Positions 19,683-30,050 are shown, counted from the first letter of the stretch. The stretch: DNA of 64,000 bases from Candidatus Krumholzibacteriia bacterium (GCA_046484865.1 JAWOID010000063.1:41784-105783); one strand, 5' to 3'. The notes: generated by a model from the letters alone, not told the origin. A program made the numbers and translations.

Positions 19683-22151
19683 GTGCCGAGCGAATCGATC
19701 ATCGGAGGCCGGCAAGTCCGACGAGACGCCTGGGAAAAGGTCTCGGGAGTCTGCGCGTACGTGGACGACGTGCAGGTGGCGGGAGCCTGGTTCGGCGGGA
19801 CCGTGCGGTCCGCGGTGCCGCGCGGCCGTTTGCGCCGGGTGGTCCGCGACCCCGCCTTCGACTGGTCGCAGGCGATCTGTCTGACCGCTGCCGATCTTCC
19901 CGGTCCCAACACGGTGGCGATGATCCGCGAGGACCACCCGATCCTGGCGCAGGACGCGGTGAGCTTCGTCGGCGAGGCGGTGGCCCTGGTCGCTGCTCCC
20001 ACGCGAGAATCGCTCGCCCGGGCACTGGCCGCGGTGCAGGTGGAGATCGACGAGTTGCCGGCCGTCCTCTCCATCGAGGATGCCCTGGCGCCACGGGCGG
20101 TGATCTGGGGCGAGGACAACCTGCTCGCCGAGTACACCATCGCCGCGGGGGATCTCGCGCGAGGGTTCGCCGAGGCCGAGGTGATCCTCGAGCAGACCTA
20201 TCGCACCGGCTACCAGGAGCATCTCTACCTCGAGCCGAACGGCATGATCGCCTGGCCGCGCGAGGACGGCGGGACGGTGGTACTCGGTTCGCTGCAGTGC
20301 CCGTACTACGTGCACGCGGCACTCTGCCGCGGCCTGGGGCTGGCCGCCGACCAGGTCGTGGTGAAGCAGGCTCCCACCGGCGGCGCCTTCGGCGGCAAGG
20401 AGGACTTCCCGTCGGTGATCGCGCTGCACGCCGCGATCCTCGCGCGGGCGGCACAGCGGCCGGTACGCCTCGTCTACGAGCGCGGCGAGGACATCCGCGC
20501 CACGACCAAGCGCCACCCGTCGCGGACGGTGATCCGTACGGGCGTCCGGCGTGACGGCACGATCCTGGCCGCGGACGTCGACCTGGTCCTGGACGGCGGC
20601 GCCTGCACGACGCTCAGCCCGGTCGTGCTCTCGCGCGCGGTGCTGCACGCGGGCGGGGCCTACCGCATCCCGCACGTGCGGTTGCACGGGCGCGCGGTGG
20701 CGACCAACACCCCGCCCAACGGCGCTTTCCGCGGTTTCGGAGCGCCGCAGAGCATCTTCGCCATCGAGCGGCAGGTGGATCGCATCGCCCGGGCGCTGGA
20801 CATGGATCCGCTGGAGGTCCGCCGGCGCAACCTGCTGCGGGACGGCGATACGCTGCCCTGCGGGCAGCATCTCGAGCAGGACGTCGGAGCGTCGCTGGTG
20901 CTCGAGCGCGCGGTCGAGCTGGCCGGCTACGTTCGACGGCGGCCGCAGATCGCGACGGCGAACCAGGCGGTGCGCGTCGCCCGAGCCGGTGCCGCTGACG
21001 CTGCCAGTGCCAGTGCCGGTGCCAGTGCCAGTGCCAGTGCCGGTGCCAGTGCCAGTGCCGGTGCCGGTGCGACCGGCGGAGTCGCTGCGCCGGACGCCCG
21101 GCTGCGCGGCGTCGGACTGGCGGTCTGCTTCCACGGCGGCGGCTTCACCGGCGCCGGCGAGGAGCGGATGATGGGACGCGCGCGGGTCTGCTACCTTCCG
21201 GACGGGCTGGAGATCCTCGTCAGCAACGTCGAGATGGGGCAGGGGGCGAGCACCGTGCTGCCCATGATCGCAGCCGAGGCCCTGGGCTTGCCGCTGGAGG
21301 AGGTCCGCCACCCGCTGCCGGACACCTCGCGGGTGCCCGACAGCGGCCCGACCGTGGCCTCGCGCACCACGATGATCGTCGGGCGCATCATCATCGACGC
21401 CTGTGGCGACCTGCTCGTGCGCCTGAGGGAGCGCCTGGCTGCGCGCGAGGGTGTGGAACCCGCGGCGGTCTCGGTGGACGGTGACGGCGTGGCGTGTGCC
21501 GGCAGACGGCTGGGCAGTCTCGCGCAGGTAGCCAGGGACCTGGCGGCCGACGGACCGATCGTGGGCGAGGCGGTCTACGAGCCCATTCCGGGGCTGCGCT
21601 GGGACGAGGAGTCCTACCGTGGCGACGCCTACAAGTCCTACTCGTGGGGCGCCAGCGTCGTGGAGGTGGCCGTGGATCCGGACACGCTCGAGGTGCAGCC
21701 CGTGCGGGCGGTGTCCGTGGTCGAGATCGGTCGCGCGATCCACCCGGTGCTCGCTGCGGGCCAGGTGGAGGGTGGAACGCTGCAAGCCCTGGCCTGGGCC
21801 TATCAGGAAGAGGTGAAGACCGACGGCGGCCGCTACCTCAACGACCGCATGGCCACCTACATCGTGCCCACGAGCCTCGATGCGCCGGACATCGACGTGG
21901 AGATCGCGGCGTTGCCCTACGAGCGCGGTCCGTTCGGCGCCAAGGGGCTGGGCGAACTGCCCATGGACATCGGCGCGCCGGCGCTCGCCGCCGCGCTCGA
22001 CCAGGCGCTCGGCTGCTTCGTCGACGAGATCCCGGCCACGCCGGAGCGGCTGTTCACGCTCGTGCGGCGCTCGACGGCACAGCCGGCCGCCGCAGATGCC
22101 GGCTCGCCCGGGCGGCCGGACGCACGCGGGCCGGGGAAGGGGCCGGCATGA
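19683..22151 (+). CDS. Xanthine dehydrogenase family molybdopterin-binding subunit (set 1)
   Basis: QEHLYLEP, GGAFGGK, AFRGFGAPQ, EMGQG, TVASR and AKGLGE motifs; AGGAGG RBS before GTG 19683. Confidence 0.95.
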   Translation: MPSESIIGGRQVRRDAWEKVSGVCAYVDDVQVAGAWFGGTVRSAVPRGRLRRVVRDPAFDWSQAICLTAADLPGPNTVAMIREDHPILAQDAVSFVGEAVALVAAPTRESLARALAAVQVEIDELPAVLSIEDALAPRAVIWGEDNLLAEYTIAAGDLARGFAEAEVILEQTYRTGYQEHLYLEPNGMIAWPREDGGTVVLGSLQCPYYVHAALCRGLGLAADQVVVKQAPTGGAFGGKEDFPSVIALHAAILARAAQRPVRLVYERGEDIRATTKRHPSRTVIRTGVRRDGTILAADVDLVLDGGACTTLSPVVLSRAVLHAGGAYRIPHVRLHGRAVATNTPPNGAFRGFGAPQSIFAIERQVDRIARALDMDPLEVRRRNLLRDGDTLPCGQHLEQDVGASLVLERAVELAGYVRRRPQIATANQAVRVARAGAADAASASAGASASASAGASASAGAGATGGVAAPDARLRGVGLAVCFHGGGFTGAGEERMMGRARVCYLPDGLEILVSNVEMGQGASTVLPMIAAEALGLPLEEVRHPLPDTSRVPDSGPTVASRTTMIVGRIIIDACGDLLVRLRERLAAREGVEPAAVSVDGDGVACAGRRLGSLAQVARDLAADGPIVGEAVYEPIPGLRWDEESYRGDAYKSYSWGASVVEVAVDPDTLEVQPVRAVSVVEIGRAIHPVLAAGQVEGGTLQALAWAYQEEVKTDGGRYLNDRMATYIVPTSLDAPDIDVEIAALPYERGPFGAKGLGELPMDIGAPALAAALDQALGCFVDEIPATPERLFTLVRRSTAQPAAADAGSPGRPDARGPGKGPA
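21003..21068 (+). repeat. In-frame hexamer tandem repeat (GCCRGT)x11 encoding an (AS/AG)n insert
   Basis: Directly visible tandem gccagt/gccggt units. Confidence 0.95.
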
Positions 22152-23599
22152 GGTTCACGTTCACGGTGAACGGGGTGGCGCGCCCGGTGGAGGCTCCGCC
22201 GCTGCGCCGCCTGCTGGACATCCTGCGCGAGGACCTGCGGCTGACCGGCAGCAAGGAGGGCTGCGGCGAGGGCGAGTGCGGCGCCTGCGCCGTCCTGCTG
22301 GACGGGCGGCTGGTGGATGCCTGCCTCGTGCCGGCCCTGCAGCTGCCCGGGCGTCGGGTGCTCACGATCGAGGGGCTCGGCACGGCGGCTGCGCCCGACG
22401 CGATGCAGCTGGCGTTCCTGGTCGAGGGAGCGGTGCAGTGCGGTTTCTGCATCCCGGGGATGGTGATGGCCGGGCACGCCCTGCTCGAGTCGGAGCCGCG
22501 GCCCACGCGGCAGCGGGTGCGCGAGTCGCTCGCCGGGAACATCTGTCGCTGCACGGGCTACGAGCGCATCTTCCGCGCGGTGGAGCTGGCGGCCGACCTG
22601 CGGGCGGGAAAAGGCGGCGAGGCGGCGGCTGGAATCGCAGACGCGGCGAGCCTGGCGGCGGCAGCCCAGGCGAGCGAGGCGCCGGCGGCCCAGGCGAGCG
22701 AGGCGCCGGCGCCGGTCTCGGTCGGAGCTGACCCCGCCGCGGCCTTCGCCCCCGCCAGCCTCGGCGAGGCGCTGCGGCTGCTGGCCGAGCACGGCTCCAG
22801 CCTGGTGCCGGTGGCCGGCGCCACGGACCTGCTCGTCGAGCAGAAGCTCGGCCGCCCGTCGCCGGTGGCCGTTCTCGACCTGACGGGGCTGGCGGAGCTG
22901 CGCGAGATCAGCCTCACCGGCGACCGGCTGCGGATCGGCGCCGCGGCGACGTTCGCGGATCTGCACGCCGCATCGCTCGTCGTGCGCCACTTCCCCGCCA
23001 TCGCCGCCATGGCGCGGCAGGTGGGTTCCGTCGCGATCCAGAACCGCGCCACCCTGGGCGGTAACCTGGTGACGGCCTCGCCCGCGGCCGACTCGCCGCC
23101 GGTCCTCATCGCCCTCGACGCCGCGGCGCGCCTGAAGAGCAGCGCAGGGGAGCGCACGGTGCCGCTGGCTTCCTTCTTCACCGGGTACCGGCAGACCGCG
23201 CGGCGGCCGGACGAGCTGCTGGTGGCGGTGGAGGTGCCGCTGGCGTCCGAGGGATCGTGGCAGGCCTTCTACAAGGTGGGCACCCGGCGGGCGCAGGCGA
23301 TCGCGAAGGTCTGCCTGGGCGCGAGCGCCCGGCGTGATCCAGGCGGCAGGCTGGTCGACGTGCGTCTGGCCGCCGGCAGCGTGGCGCCGGTACCGCTGCC
23401 GCTGCGCGCCGTGGAGGCAGCTCTCGTGGGACGCGAACTGACGGCGGCCACCCTCGAGGCGGTGACCGACGCGGCCGACGCCGCCGCAGCCGGGTCGGTG
23501 CGGCCCATCGACGACGTCCGCTCCACCGCCGCGTATCGCCTGGACGTCCTCGTGCGGCTGGTCGGCCGCTTCCTGAGCGAGGTCGTCCATGCCGGTTGA
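22148..23599 (+). CDS. Fused xanthine dehydrogenase 2Fe-2S + FAD-binding subunit (Fe-S N-terminal)
   Basis: GCGEGECGAC, QCGFC and CRCTGY followed by VAGATDL and IQNRATLGGN…ASPAAD; ATGA overlap with the upstream gene. Confidence 0.93.
   Translation: MRFTFTVNGVARPVEAPPLRRLLDILREDLRLTGSKEGCGEGECGACAVLLDGRLVDACLVPALQLPGRRVLTIEGLGTAAAPDAMQLAFLVEGAVQCGFCIPGMVMAGHALLESEPRPTRQRVRESLAGNICRCTGYERIFRAVELAADLRAGKGGEAAAGIADAASLAAAAQASEAPAAQASEAPAPVSVGADPAAAFAPASLGEALRLLAEHGSSLVPVAGATDLLVEQKLGRPSPVAVLDLTGLAELREISLTGDRLRIGAAATFADLHAASLVVRHFPAIAAMARQVGSVAIQNRATLGGNLVTASPAADSPPVLIALDAAARLKSSAGERTVPLASFFTGYRQTARRPDELLVAVEVPLASEGSWQAFYKVGTRRAQAIAKVCLGASARRDPGGRLVDVRLAAGSVAPVPLPLRAVEAALVGRELTAATLEAVTDAADAAAAGSVRPIDDVRSTAAYRLDVLVRLVGRFLSEVVHAG
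22664..22711 (+). repeat. 24-bp tandem duplication in the Fe-S/FAD linker
   Basis: GCCCAGGCGAGCGAGGCGCCGGCG x2 (AQASEAPA x2). Confidence 0.9.
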
Positions 23600-24269
23600 G
23601 GTGGCGACGCTCGTACTCGCGGCGGGTGCGGGCCGCCGCTGGGGCGGCCCCAAGGCGCTGGCTCGTCTGGGAGAGCGCACGTGGCTCGAACTGGCCGTCG
23701 AGCGCAGCCGCGGCGCCGGCTGCGCCCCGGTGGTCGTGGTCGTGGGCTGTCGTGCGGACGAGGTGAGGAGATCGCTTGCCGGCCGAGCGGCGGCCGCCGA
23801 CCCCGGCACAAACCATCCGCCGCCGACGGGGCCGGTCGCCGACGACATCGTGTGGATCGAGAACCCGCGCTGGGAACAGGGCCGCACCGGGAGTATCATC
23901 GTCGGGCTACGGGCGCTGCCCGCGACGGCAGCGGGGGCCCTGCTCATGCCGGTGGACTTTCCGCTCGTCCGCACGGCCACGCTGCGCGCGCTGTGCGCGG
24001 GTTTCGCGGCTGCCGCCGATCCGGCCGCCCGGATCACGGTGCCGGTCCACGCCGGCCACCGCGGCCATCCCATCGTGCTCGGCCGCGCGGTCTGGGCGGA
24101 GGTCATGGCGCTCGGTCGCGACGCCCCCTTGCGCGCCGTGGTGCGGCAGGATCCCGCCCGGATCGTCACGGTGACCGTGGACGACCCCGGTATCCTGCGC
24201 AACGTGAACACGCCGGAAGATCTGGAGGCTCCGTCCGACCGGCCGCCACGGAACAGCCGTCGCCGGTAG
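23589..24269 (+). CDS. mocA: Molybdenum cofactor cytidylyltransferase-like nucleotidyltransferase (MocA/YgfJ family)
   Basis: LVLAAGAGRRWGGPKAL, PVDFP, GHPIV and NVNTPED motifs; adjacent to the xdh genes. Confidence 0.8.
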   Translation: MPVEVATLVLAAGAGRRWGGPKALARLGERTWLELAVERSRGAGCAPVVVVVGCRADEVRRSLAGRAAAADPGTNHPPPTGPVADDIVWIENPRWEQGRTGSIIVGLRALPATAAGALLMPVDFPLVRTATLRALCAGFAAAADPAARITVPVHAGHRGHPIVLGRAVWAEVMALGRDAPLRAVVRQDPARIVTVTVDDPGILRNVNTPEDLEAPSDRPPRNSRRR

Positions 24270-24304
24270 GATGCGAGCGGAGCAGGATCGCGCCGCGCGT
24301 GGCG

Positions 24305-24360
24305 GGATCGAGCGACGAGGATCGAGCGACAAGGACCGAGCGACGAGGACCGAGCGACGG
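24305..24360 (+). repeat. Intergenic 14-bp direct repeat x4 (GGAYCGAGCGACRR)
   Basis: GGATCGAGCGACGA / GGATCGAGCGACAA / GGACCGAGCGACGA / GGACCGAGCGACGG in tandem. Confidence 0.9.
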
Positions 24361-24416
24361 GCATCGACCCCGGCCGTTCCACCATCGGGTTCGAGCAACG
24401 GGAGGGCGACGGCGAG

Positions 24417-25889
24417 ATGGGTCCCAAGATCATCCAGGAGATTCACGAGGACGTCCTCGCCCGGACCGTGGAGCGTTGCCGCGAGCGCGGGATCCTCATT
24501 CCGACCTTCGCCGAGCAGCGTGATCCGCGGCTGGTGCCCGAGGCCGTGCGCGCGCGGCTGCGCGAGGTGGGCCTGTGGGACGTGGACCCGGTCAATCTCT
24601 TTCGCATCACCTGGAAGAACGAGCCCCGGGAACACGGAGGGCTGTACCACGACGGCAACTGGATCGAGTTCCCGGCCGCGCTGACCGGCGTGGCGGCGCG
24701 GGTCGTGGGACTCGTGGGGCACTGGTTCCCCACCGGCGCTCACAAGGTGGGGGCCGGCTTCGGCTGCCTGGTGCCGCGGCTGGTCTCGGGGAACTTCGAC
24801 CCGACGACGCAGAAGGCGGTCTGGCCGTCGACGGGCAACTACTGCCGCGGCGGCGCCTTCGACTGCGCGCTGCTGGCCTGCCCCGCCGTGGCCATCCTGC
24901 CCGAGGAGATGAGCCGCGAACGATTCGAGTGGCTGCGCGAGGTCGGCACCGACGAGATCTTCGCCACGCCGGGCTGCGAGTCGAACGTCAAGGAGATCTA
25001 CGACAAGTGTTGGGAACTGCGCCGCGAACGCGGGCGCGACATCGTGATCTTCAACCAGTTCGAGGAGTTCGGCAACGCCATCTGGCACTACCACGTCACC
25101 GGTGGCGTGGTGGACGAGATCTTCCGGCGCCTGGCTGCGCCCGGCGACCGCCTGGCGGCCTGGGTGAGCGCCACCGGATCGGCCGGGACGATCGCCGCGG
25201 GCGACTTCCTCAAGGAGCACCACCGCGGTGCGCGGGTCGTCGCGCTCGAGGCGCTGCAGTGCCCCACGCTGCTGCGCTGCGGCTTCGGCGGGCACCGCAT
25301 CGAGGGGATCGGCGACAAGCACGTGCCGTGGATCCACAACGTCCGCAACACCGACCTCGTGGCGGCCGTCGACGACGAGCAGGTGGTGCACCTCATGCGG
25401 CTCTTCAACGAACCGGAGGGCCAGGCGTACCTGCGCGGAGCCGGCGTGCCGGACGAGACCGTGGCGGCACTGCCGTTGCTCGGTCTCAGCTCCATCTGCA
25501 ACCTGGTGGGGGCGATCAAGGCGGCGCGATACTGGGGGCTAACCGCGCATGACGTGATCTTCCTGCCGCTGACCGACGCCATGCAGCTCTACGCCTCGCG
25601 CCTGGAGGAGCAGCGACAGGAGCAGGGATCCTACAGCGAGTTGCAGGCCGCCCGTCATTTCGGACGCCACCTGGAGGCCGTCACCACCGACCATCTGCGC
25701 GAGCTGACCCACGAGGACCAGCTGGCGCTCCACAACTTGAAGTACTTCACCTGGGTGGAACAGCAGGGCCGCACCGTGGAGGAACTGCGCGAGCTGTGGG
25801 AGCCCGAGTTCTGGCACGAGACCTTCGCTCAGGTGGAGGACTGGGACGACCTGATCCGCGCGTTCAATCGCCGGACGGGCCTCGGCTGA
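24417..25889 (+). CDS. PLP-dependent enzyme, fold type II (beta family)
   Basis: PTGAHKVG (PLP Lys), STGNYC, ATGSAGT and HRIEGIG motifs. Confidence 0.88.
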   Translation: MGPKIIQEIHEDVLARTVERCRERGILIPTFAEQRDPRLVPEAVRARLREVGLWDVDPVNLFRITWKNEPREHGGLYHDGNWIEFPAALTGVAARVVGLVGHWFPTGAHKVGAGFGCLVPRLVSGNFDPTTQKAVWPSTGNYCRGGAFDCALLACPAVAILPEEMSRERFEWLREVGTDEIFATPGCESNVKEIYDKCWELRRERGRDIVIFNQFEEFGNAIWHYHVTGGVVDEIFRRLAAPGDRLAAWVSATGSAGTIAAGDFLKEHHRGARVVALEALQCPTLLRCGFGGHRIEGIGDKHVPWIHNVRNTDLVAAVDDEQVVHLMRLFNEPEGQAYLRGAGVPDETVAALPLLGLSSICNLVGAIKAARYWGLTAHDVIFLPLTDAMQLYASRLEEQRQEQGSYSELQAARHFGRHLEAVTTDHLRELTHEDQLALHNLKYFTWVEQQGRTVEELRELWEPEFWHETFAQVEDWDDLIRAFNRRTGLG

Positions 25890-25982
25890 TCATCGCACGC
25901 TCGAGCCGGACGCCGGTCACGGTCCAGGGTGTCAGGTCCCCGGCTCGTTCTTGATCCTTCCTCGTGGTCAGGAGACTTCGCC

Positions 25983-28900
25983 ATGCCGCATCCTCGCCAG
26001 CAATCGTCCAGCTTCGTCGTGCTCCTTCTGGTGGTCGCCACCGTCGCCGCCGGTCTCTGCACCGCCGCTGCCGCACCGGTCGCGCAGGCGCCGGCGACCG
26101 GCCTCCGCCAGCCGCCGCCGCCCACGGAGCTGCCCGGTCTCGCGTACGAGGCGCCGTTCTTCCCGGCGGCGCGGCACGAGCTGCCGGTGCCCTCCCCCGA
26201 GACGCTGCTGGGGCATCCGATCGGTGCCCGCTTCGCCTCGGCCGCACAGATCACCGACTGCCTGCGGGCGTGGGCGGAGGCGAGCCCGCGGGTGGCGGTG
26301 GTGGAGTATGCACGCAGCCACGAGGGGCGGCCGCTGCACTACGCCTTGATCACCGCGCCCGAGAATCACGCCCGGCTGCACGAGATCAGGGCCGGTATCG
26401 CCCGCCTGGCCGACCCGCGTGGTCTCGACCAGGACGAGGCCGATCGTCTGCTGGCGGATCTGCCGGCGGTGGGCTGGTTCGCGTATTCCATCCACGGCAA
26501 CGAGACCAGCGGCGCCGACGCCGCGCTGGCCGTGATCCACCACCTCGCGGCCGACGCCGCCGAGGAGACGGAGCAATTGCTGCGCGACCTGATCGTCATC
26601 GTCGATCCGCTGATGAACCCGGACGGGCGCACCCGCTTCGCCCAGCAGGTGGTGGAGCACCGCGGTCGAGCCCCGAACGTGGACGATCAGTCGCTGCTGC
26701 GGCGGGGCGACTGGCCGAGCGGCCGCACCAATCATTACTTCTTCGACCTGAATCGCGACTTCCTGGTGGCCGTCCACCCCGAGACCCGCGGCCGGATGCG
26801 GGAGATCGGCGCGTGGTATCCGTTGCTGCTGGTCGACGGCCACGAGATGGGTTCGCAGGACACCTACCTCTTCTCGCCGCCCCGCGATCCGATCAACCCG
26901 CACCTGCCGCCGAGCCGCCTGCAGTGGGGCGAGGTGTTCGCGGCCGACCAGGCCCGCGCCTTCGACCGATACGGCTGGCCGTACTACACCGGCGAGTGGA
27001 ACGACGAGTGGTATCTGGGCTACAGCTCCTGGGCGTCTTACCGCGCGGGACTCTTCGTCCTCTACGAGCAGGCGCGGGTGGCCGAGGATGCCGTCCGCCA
27101 GGGCGGCGACAAGCTGCTGAGCTACCGGGAGGCGGTGCACCACCAGGTGGTCAGCACGATGGCCAACCTGCGGACGCTGCATGATCACCGCCAGGAACTG
27201 AAGCGCGACTTCCTGCGGCAGCGCCGGCTGGCGGCCGGGCCCGAATCGCCTTACGCCGGCCGCAGCTGGGCCGTGGTGCCGGGCCGGAGCCCGGAGCGGG
27301 AGCAGCGCTTCCGCGAGTTGATGGACCTGCACGGTGTCGAGCTGCGCTTCCTGCCGGCGGCGGCGACGGTCCGCGCTGCGCGCGATCCGCTCGGCCGCCG
27401 TCACGACCGGTTGACGCTGCCCGCCGGTACGCTGATCGTCGCCGGCCGTCAGCCCGAGGGCTACCTGGCCGCGGCCCTGCTCGACCTCGACCCGCGCGTT
27501 CCCGACGAGACCCTCCGCAAGGAACGGCAGGAATTGCTGCGGAAGGGCCGTTCGCGCATGTACGACGTGACCGCCTGGAGCCTGCCGCTGATGCTCGATC
27601 TGGAGGTCTACGAGATCCCGTCGGCGCCGCCGGGCGAGGCGCGGCTCCTGGAGGCGGGGCGGATGCCCCCAGGCGTGGGGCGGTCGGGCGAGGCCCCGGC
27701 GGACGGAGCGGCCGGCGCGTCCGACGCGGCCCGCGTCGAGCCGGTGGGCTGGGCCGTGGACGGACGTGACGACGGTTCGCTGGGGTTCGCCACCCGGCTG
27801 CTCGAGCAGGGGGTGCAGGTGCGGCTGGCGGAACGGGCGTTCCGGGGCGCAGACCACCCGTTCGTGCGCGGCAGCCTCGTGGTGACGCTGGACGACAATC
27901 GTGCGCGCCGGGACGAGCTCGACCGTCTGGTGTCCGCCGCGGCCGAGGCCTGGGGGCAGACAGCCGTGCCGCTGGGCGGCGGCCTCGGCGCCGGCGATCT
28001 GCCCGACCTGGGCGGGCGCCATTTCCGTCGCCTCGAGGCGCCGAGCATCGGTCTGGTCGGCCGTGGCGGCACGAGCACCGCCGATTTCGGCGAGATCTGG
28101 TTCGCGCTGGACCACCAGCTCGGCATCCGGCACTCGCATCTGGACGAGGACCGGCTCACCCGCGACGATCTGCGTCGCTACAACCTCCTGATCCTGCCGC
28201 ACCGCTGGGGGGCCGGTCTGCCGGAGGGTCTGCCGGCCGCCCTGTCGGCCTGGGTCGAGGCGGGCGGGACATTGATCGCGATCGGCGGCGCGGCGGCAGC
28301 CCTGGTGGGCTCCGAGGAGTTCCCGAGCCAGGCGCAGGATCTGGCCGCGACGCTCGACGACCCCGCGCCCTACGAGCTGGCGATCTGGCGCGAGTGGCTG
28401 GCGCAGACCGGCACGTGGGCCGAGGACCTGGATGTCTGGTCGCACACCGTGCCGTCCGACGTCCCGGCGCCGCCCATCACCGGCGCCGCGCCGGATTCAC
28501 GAAACCGCCGCGGCCGTGGCGAGAGGCTTGCGGAGGGGTCGGACCAGGAGCGAGCGACGAAAGAGGCTTCTGCAGCCTCCGGGCCCACCGGTGCCGAGGC
28601 GCGCCGGCGCCTGGACACCTGGCAGCGTCTGTTCATGCCGCAGGGCGCCTTCCTGTCCGCCCGCGTCGACACCCTGCACTGGCTGACCGCCGGCTGCGGG
28701 CAGGTGCTTCCGGTGCTGACCGGCTCGGCCGTGGGCCGCGGACCGGTGCTGGTCACGAAGGGGACCGCCGAGGCGCCGGTGCGTTTCGGCGTGTTCCAGC
28801 CCGCGGTGGATGCCGGCGGCGACAGCGGTACCGATGCCGGCGCCGGGCGGATCGGCTGGAGCCCGGTGCCCCCCGGACACGAGGTGCGCCTGCGCATGAG

Positions 28901-29099
28901 CGGTCTGCTCTGGCCCGAGGCGGCTCACCGCCTGACCAGTTCGGCCTACGTGACGCGCGAACGTCGCGGGCGTGGTCAGGTGATCCTCTTCGCCGGGCCC
29001 GCAGCGTTCCGCGGCGCGACGATCGGGACTCAGCGGCTCCTGCTCAACGCGATCGTCTACGGCCCGGGAGCGGGGGCGGATCAGCCGATCCGGCCCTGA
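25983..29099 (+). CDS. Secreted M14 zinc carboxypeptidase family protein with C-terminal GATase-like domain
   Basis: Signal peptide; SIHGNE, NPDG, NHYFFDLNRD and DGHEMG motifs. Confidence 0.9.
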   Translation: MPHPRQQSSSFVVLLLVVATVAAGLCTAAAAPVAQAPATGLRQPPPPTELPGLAYEAPFFPAARHELPVPSPETLLGHPIGARFASAAQITDCLRAWAEASPRVAVVEYARSHEGRPLHYALITAPENHARLHEIRAGIARLADPRGLDQDEADRLLADLPAVGWFAYSIHGNETSGADAALAVIHHLAADAAEETEQLLRDLIVIVDPLMNPDGRTRFAQQVVEHRGRAPNVDDQSLLRRGDWPSGRTNHYFFDLNRDFLVAVHPETRGRMREIGAWYPLLLVDGHEMGSQDTYLFSPPRDPINPHLPPSRLQWGEVFAADQARAFDRYGWPYYTGEWNDEWYLGYSSWASYRAGLFVLYEQARVAEDAVRQGGDKLLSYREAVHHQVVSTMANLRTLHDHRQELKRDFLRQRRLAAGPESPYAGRSWAVVPGRSPEREQRFRELMDLHGVELRFLPAAATVRAARDPLGRRHDRLTLPAGTLIVAGRQPEGYLAAALLDLDPRVPDETLRKERQELLRKGRSRMYDVTAWSLPLMLDLEVYEIPSAPPGEARLLEAGRMPPGVGRSGEAPADGAAGASDAARVEPVGWAVDGRDDGSLGFATRLLEQGVQVRLAERAFRGADHPFVRGSLVVTLDDNRARRDELDRLVSAAAEAWGQTAVPLGGGLGAGDLPDLGGRHFRRLEAPSIGLVGRGGTSTADFGEIWFALDHQLGIRHSHLDEDRLTRDDLRRYNLLILPHRWGAGLPEGLPAALSAWVEAGGTLIAIGGAAAALVGSEEFPSQAQDLAATLDDPAPYELAIWREWLAQTGTWAEDLDVWSHTVPSDVPAPPITGAAPDSRNRRGRGERLAEGSDQERATKEASAASGPTGAEARRRLDTWQRLFMPQGAFLSARVDTLHWLTAGCGQVLPVLTGSAVGRGPVLVTKGTAEAPVRFGVFQPAVDAGGDSGTDAGAGRIGWSPVPPGHEVRLRMSGLLWPEAAHRLTSSAYVTRERRGRGQVILFAGPAAFRGATIGTQRLLLNAIVYGPGAGADQPIRP

Positions 29100-29225
29100 G
29101 GCCGCGGGTTGCGCACGGGAGATGAATGATCGGGTCGGGCTCTGGCAATTCCGTGCCGAGAGTATGGTAGGATCGGGCATTCTTATTTTGTATCCAGCAC
29201 TGATGAGAGCCCGATCGGAGACGAC

Positions 29226-30050
29226 ATGCCAGAGGCCCTCGCAGAGCAACGCTACTGGGATAGTGTCTACGCCACCCTGGACGACTACCTCGACCGACCG
29301 CGGACCGATCCGGTCTGGCGCAGCTACGGCCGTCTCTTCGACACCATGTTCCGGCCCGACCCGGACCTGCGGCTGGTCGAGATCGGCGGTGCACGATCAC
29401 AGCATGTCGTCCACCTGCACCGCCGCTTCGGCTTCCGGACATCGATCATCGACTACTCGGAGGTCGGCTGTGCGGGAACCGCTCACTCGCTCGCTCGTCA
29501 CGGCGTGGACCTCGGTGGCGAGATCATCTGCAGAGACGTGTTCGACTGCGCGGACCTCGCCGGGTCGTTCGACGTGGTCACGTCGTTCGGCGTCCTCGAA
29601 CATTTCTCCGATCCGGCGGCGGCGCTGCGCAACATATGCCGACTGCTGCGACCAGGCGGCTGGATATTCACGGCAATCCCCAACACCGCCGGTCTGATGT
29701 TCGGCATGTACAAGCATCTTGCTCCTGAAATCTACCGCATGCACCAGGTGATCGATCGGTCCCGCCTCCTGGACATCCACCGGCAGGCCGGACTCTCAGT
29801 CCGGTTCGTGCGGTACTTCGGCATGTTCAATCCCGGCCTGCTCGGCGCCGTTCCCGGAACGCTCGGAAAGACGGTCGCCGGCCTGCTGCGGGTTCCGAAC
29901 CGAGGGTTGTGGTTCGTCGCCGACAGGCTGCACCGATATCCCGAGACCGGATGGTTCTCGCCGTACATCGTGGCCTTTGCGCAGCCGCTGGACAGCGATC
30001 CCCACGACTCGCGCCCGGGCATCGCGCCCTGGCCCGCGCCTCAGCTCTGA
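29226..30050 (+). CDS. Class I SAM-dependent methyltransferase
   Basis: LVEIGG, IIDYS, FDVVTSFGVLEH…LRPGG and IPN motifs. Confidence 0.88.
   Translation: MPEALAEQRYWDSVYATLDDYLDRPRTDPVWRSYGRLFDTMFRPDPDLRLVEIGGARSQHVVHLHRRFGFRTSIIDYSEVGCAGTAHSLARHGVDLGGEIICRDVFDCADLAGSFDVVTSFGVLEHFSDPAAALRNICRLLRPGGWIFTAIPNTAGLMFGMYKHLAPEIYRMHQVIDRSRLLDIHRQAGLSVRFVRYFGMFNPGLLGAVPGTLGKTVAGLLRVPNRGLWFVADRLHRYPETGWFSPYIVAFAQPLDSDPHDSRPGIAPWPAPQL

Noticed and set aside
24305..24360. Direct repeats as a CRISPR array
   Set aside because: Units are 14 bp, directly adjacent, without spacers, and no cas genes are present.
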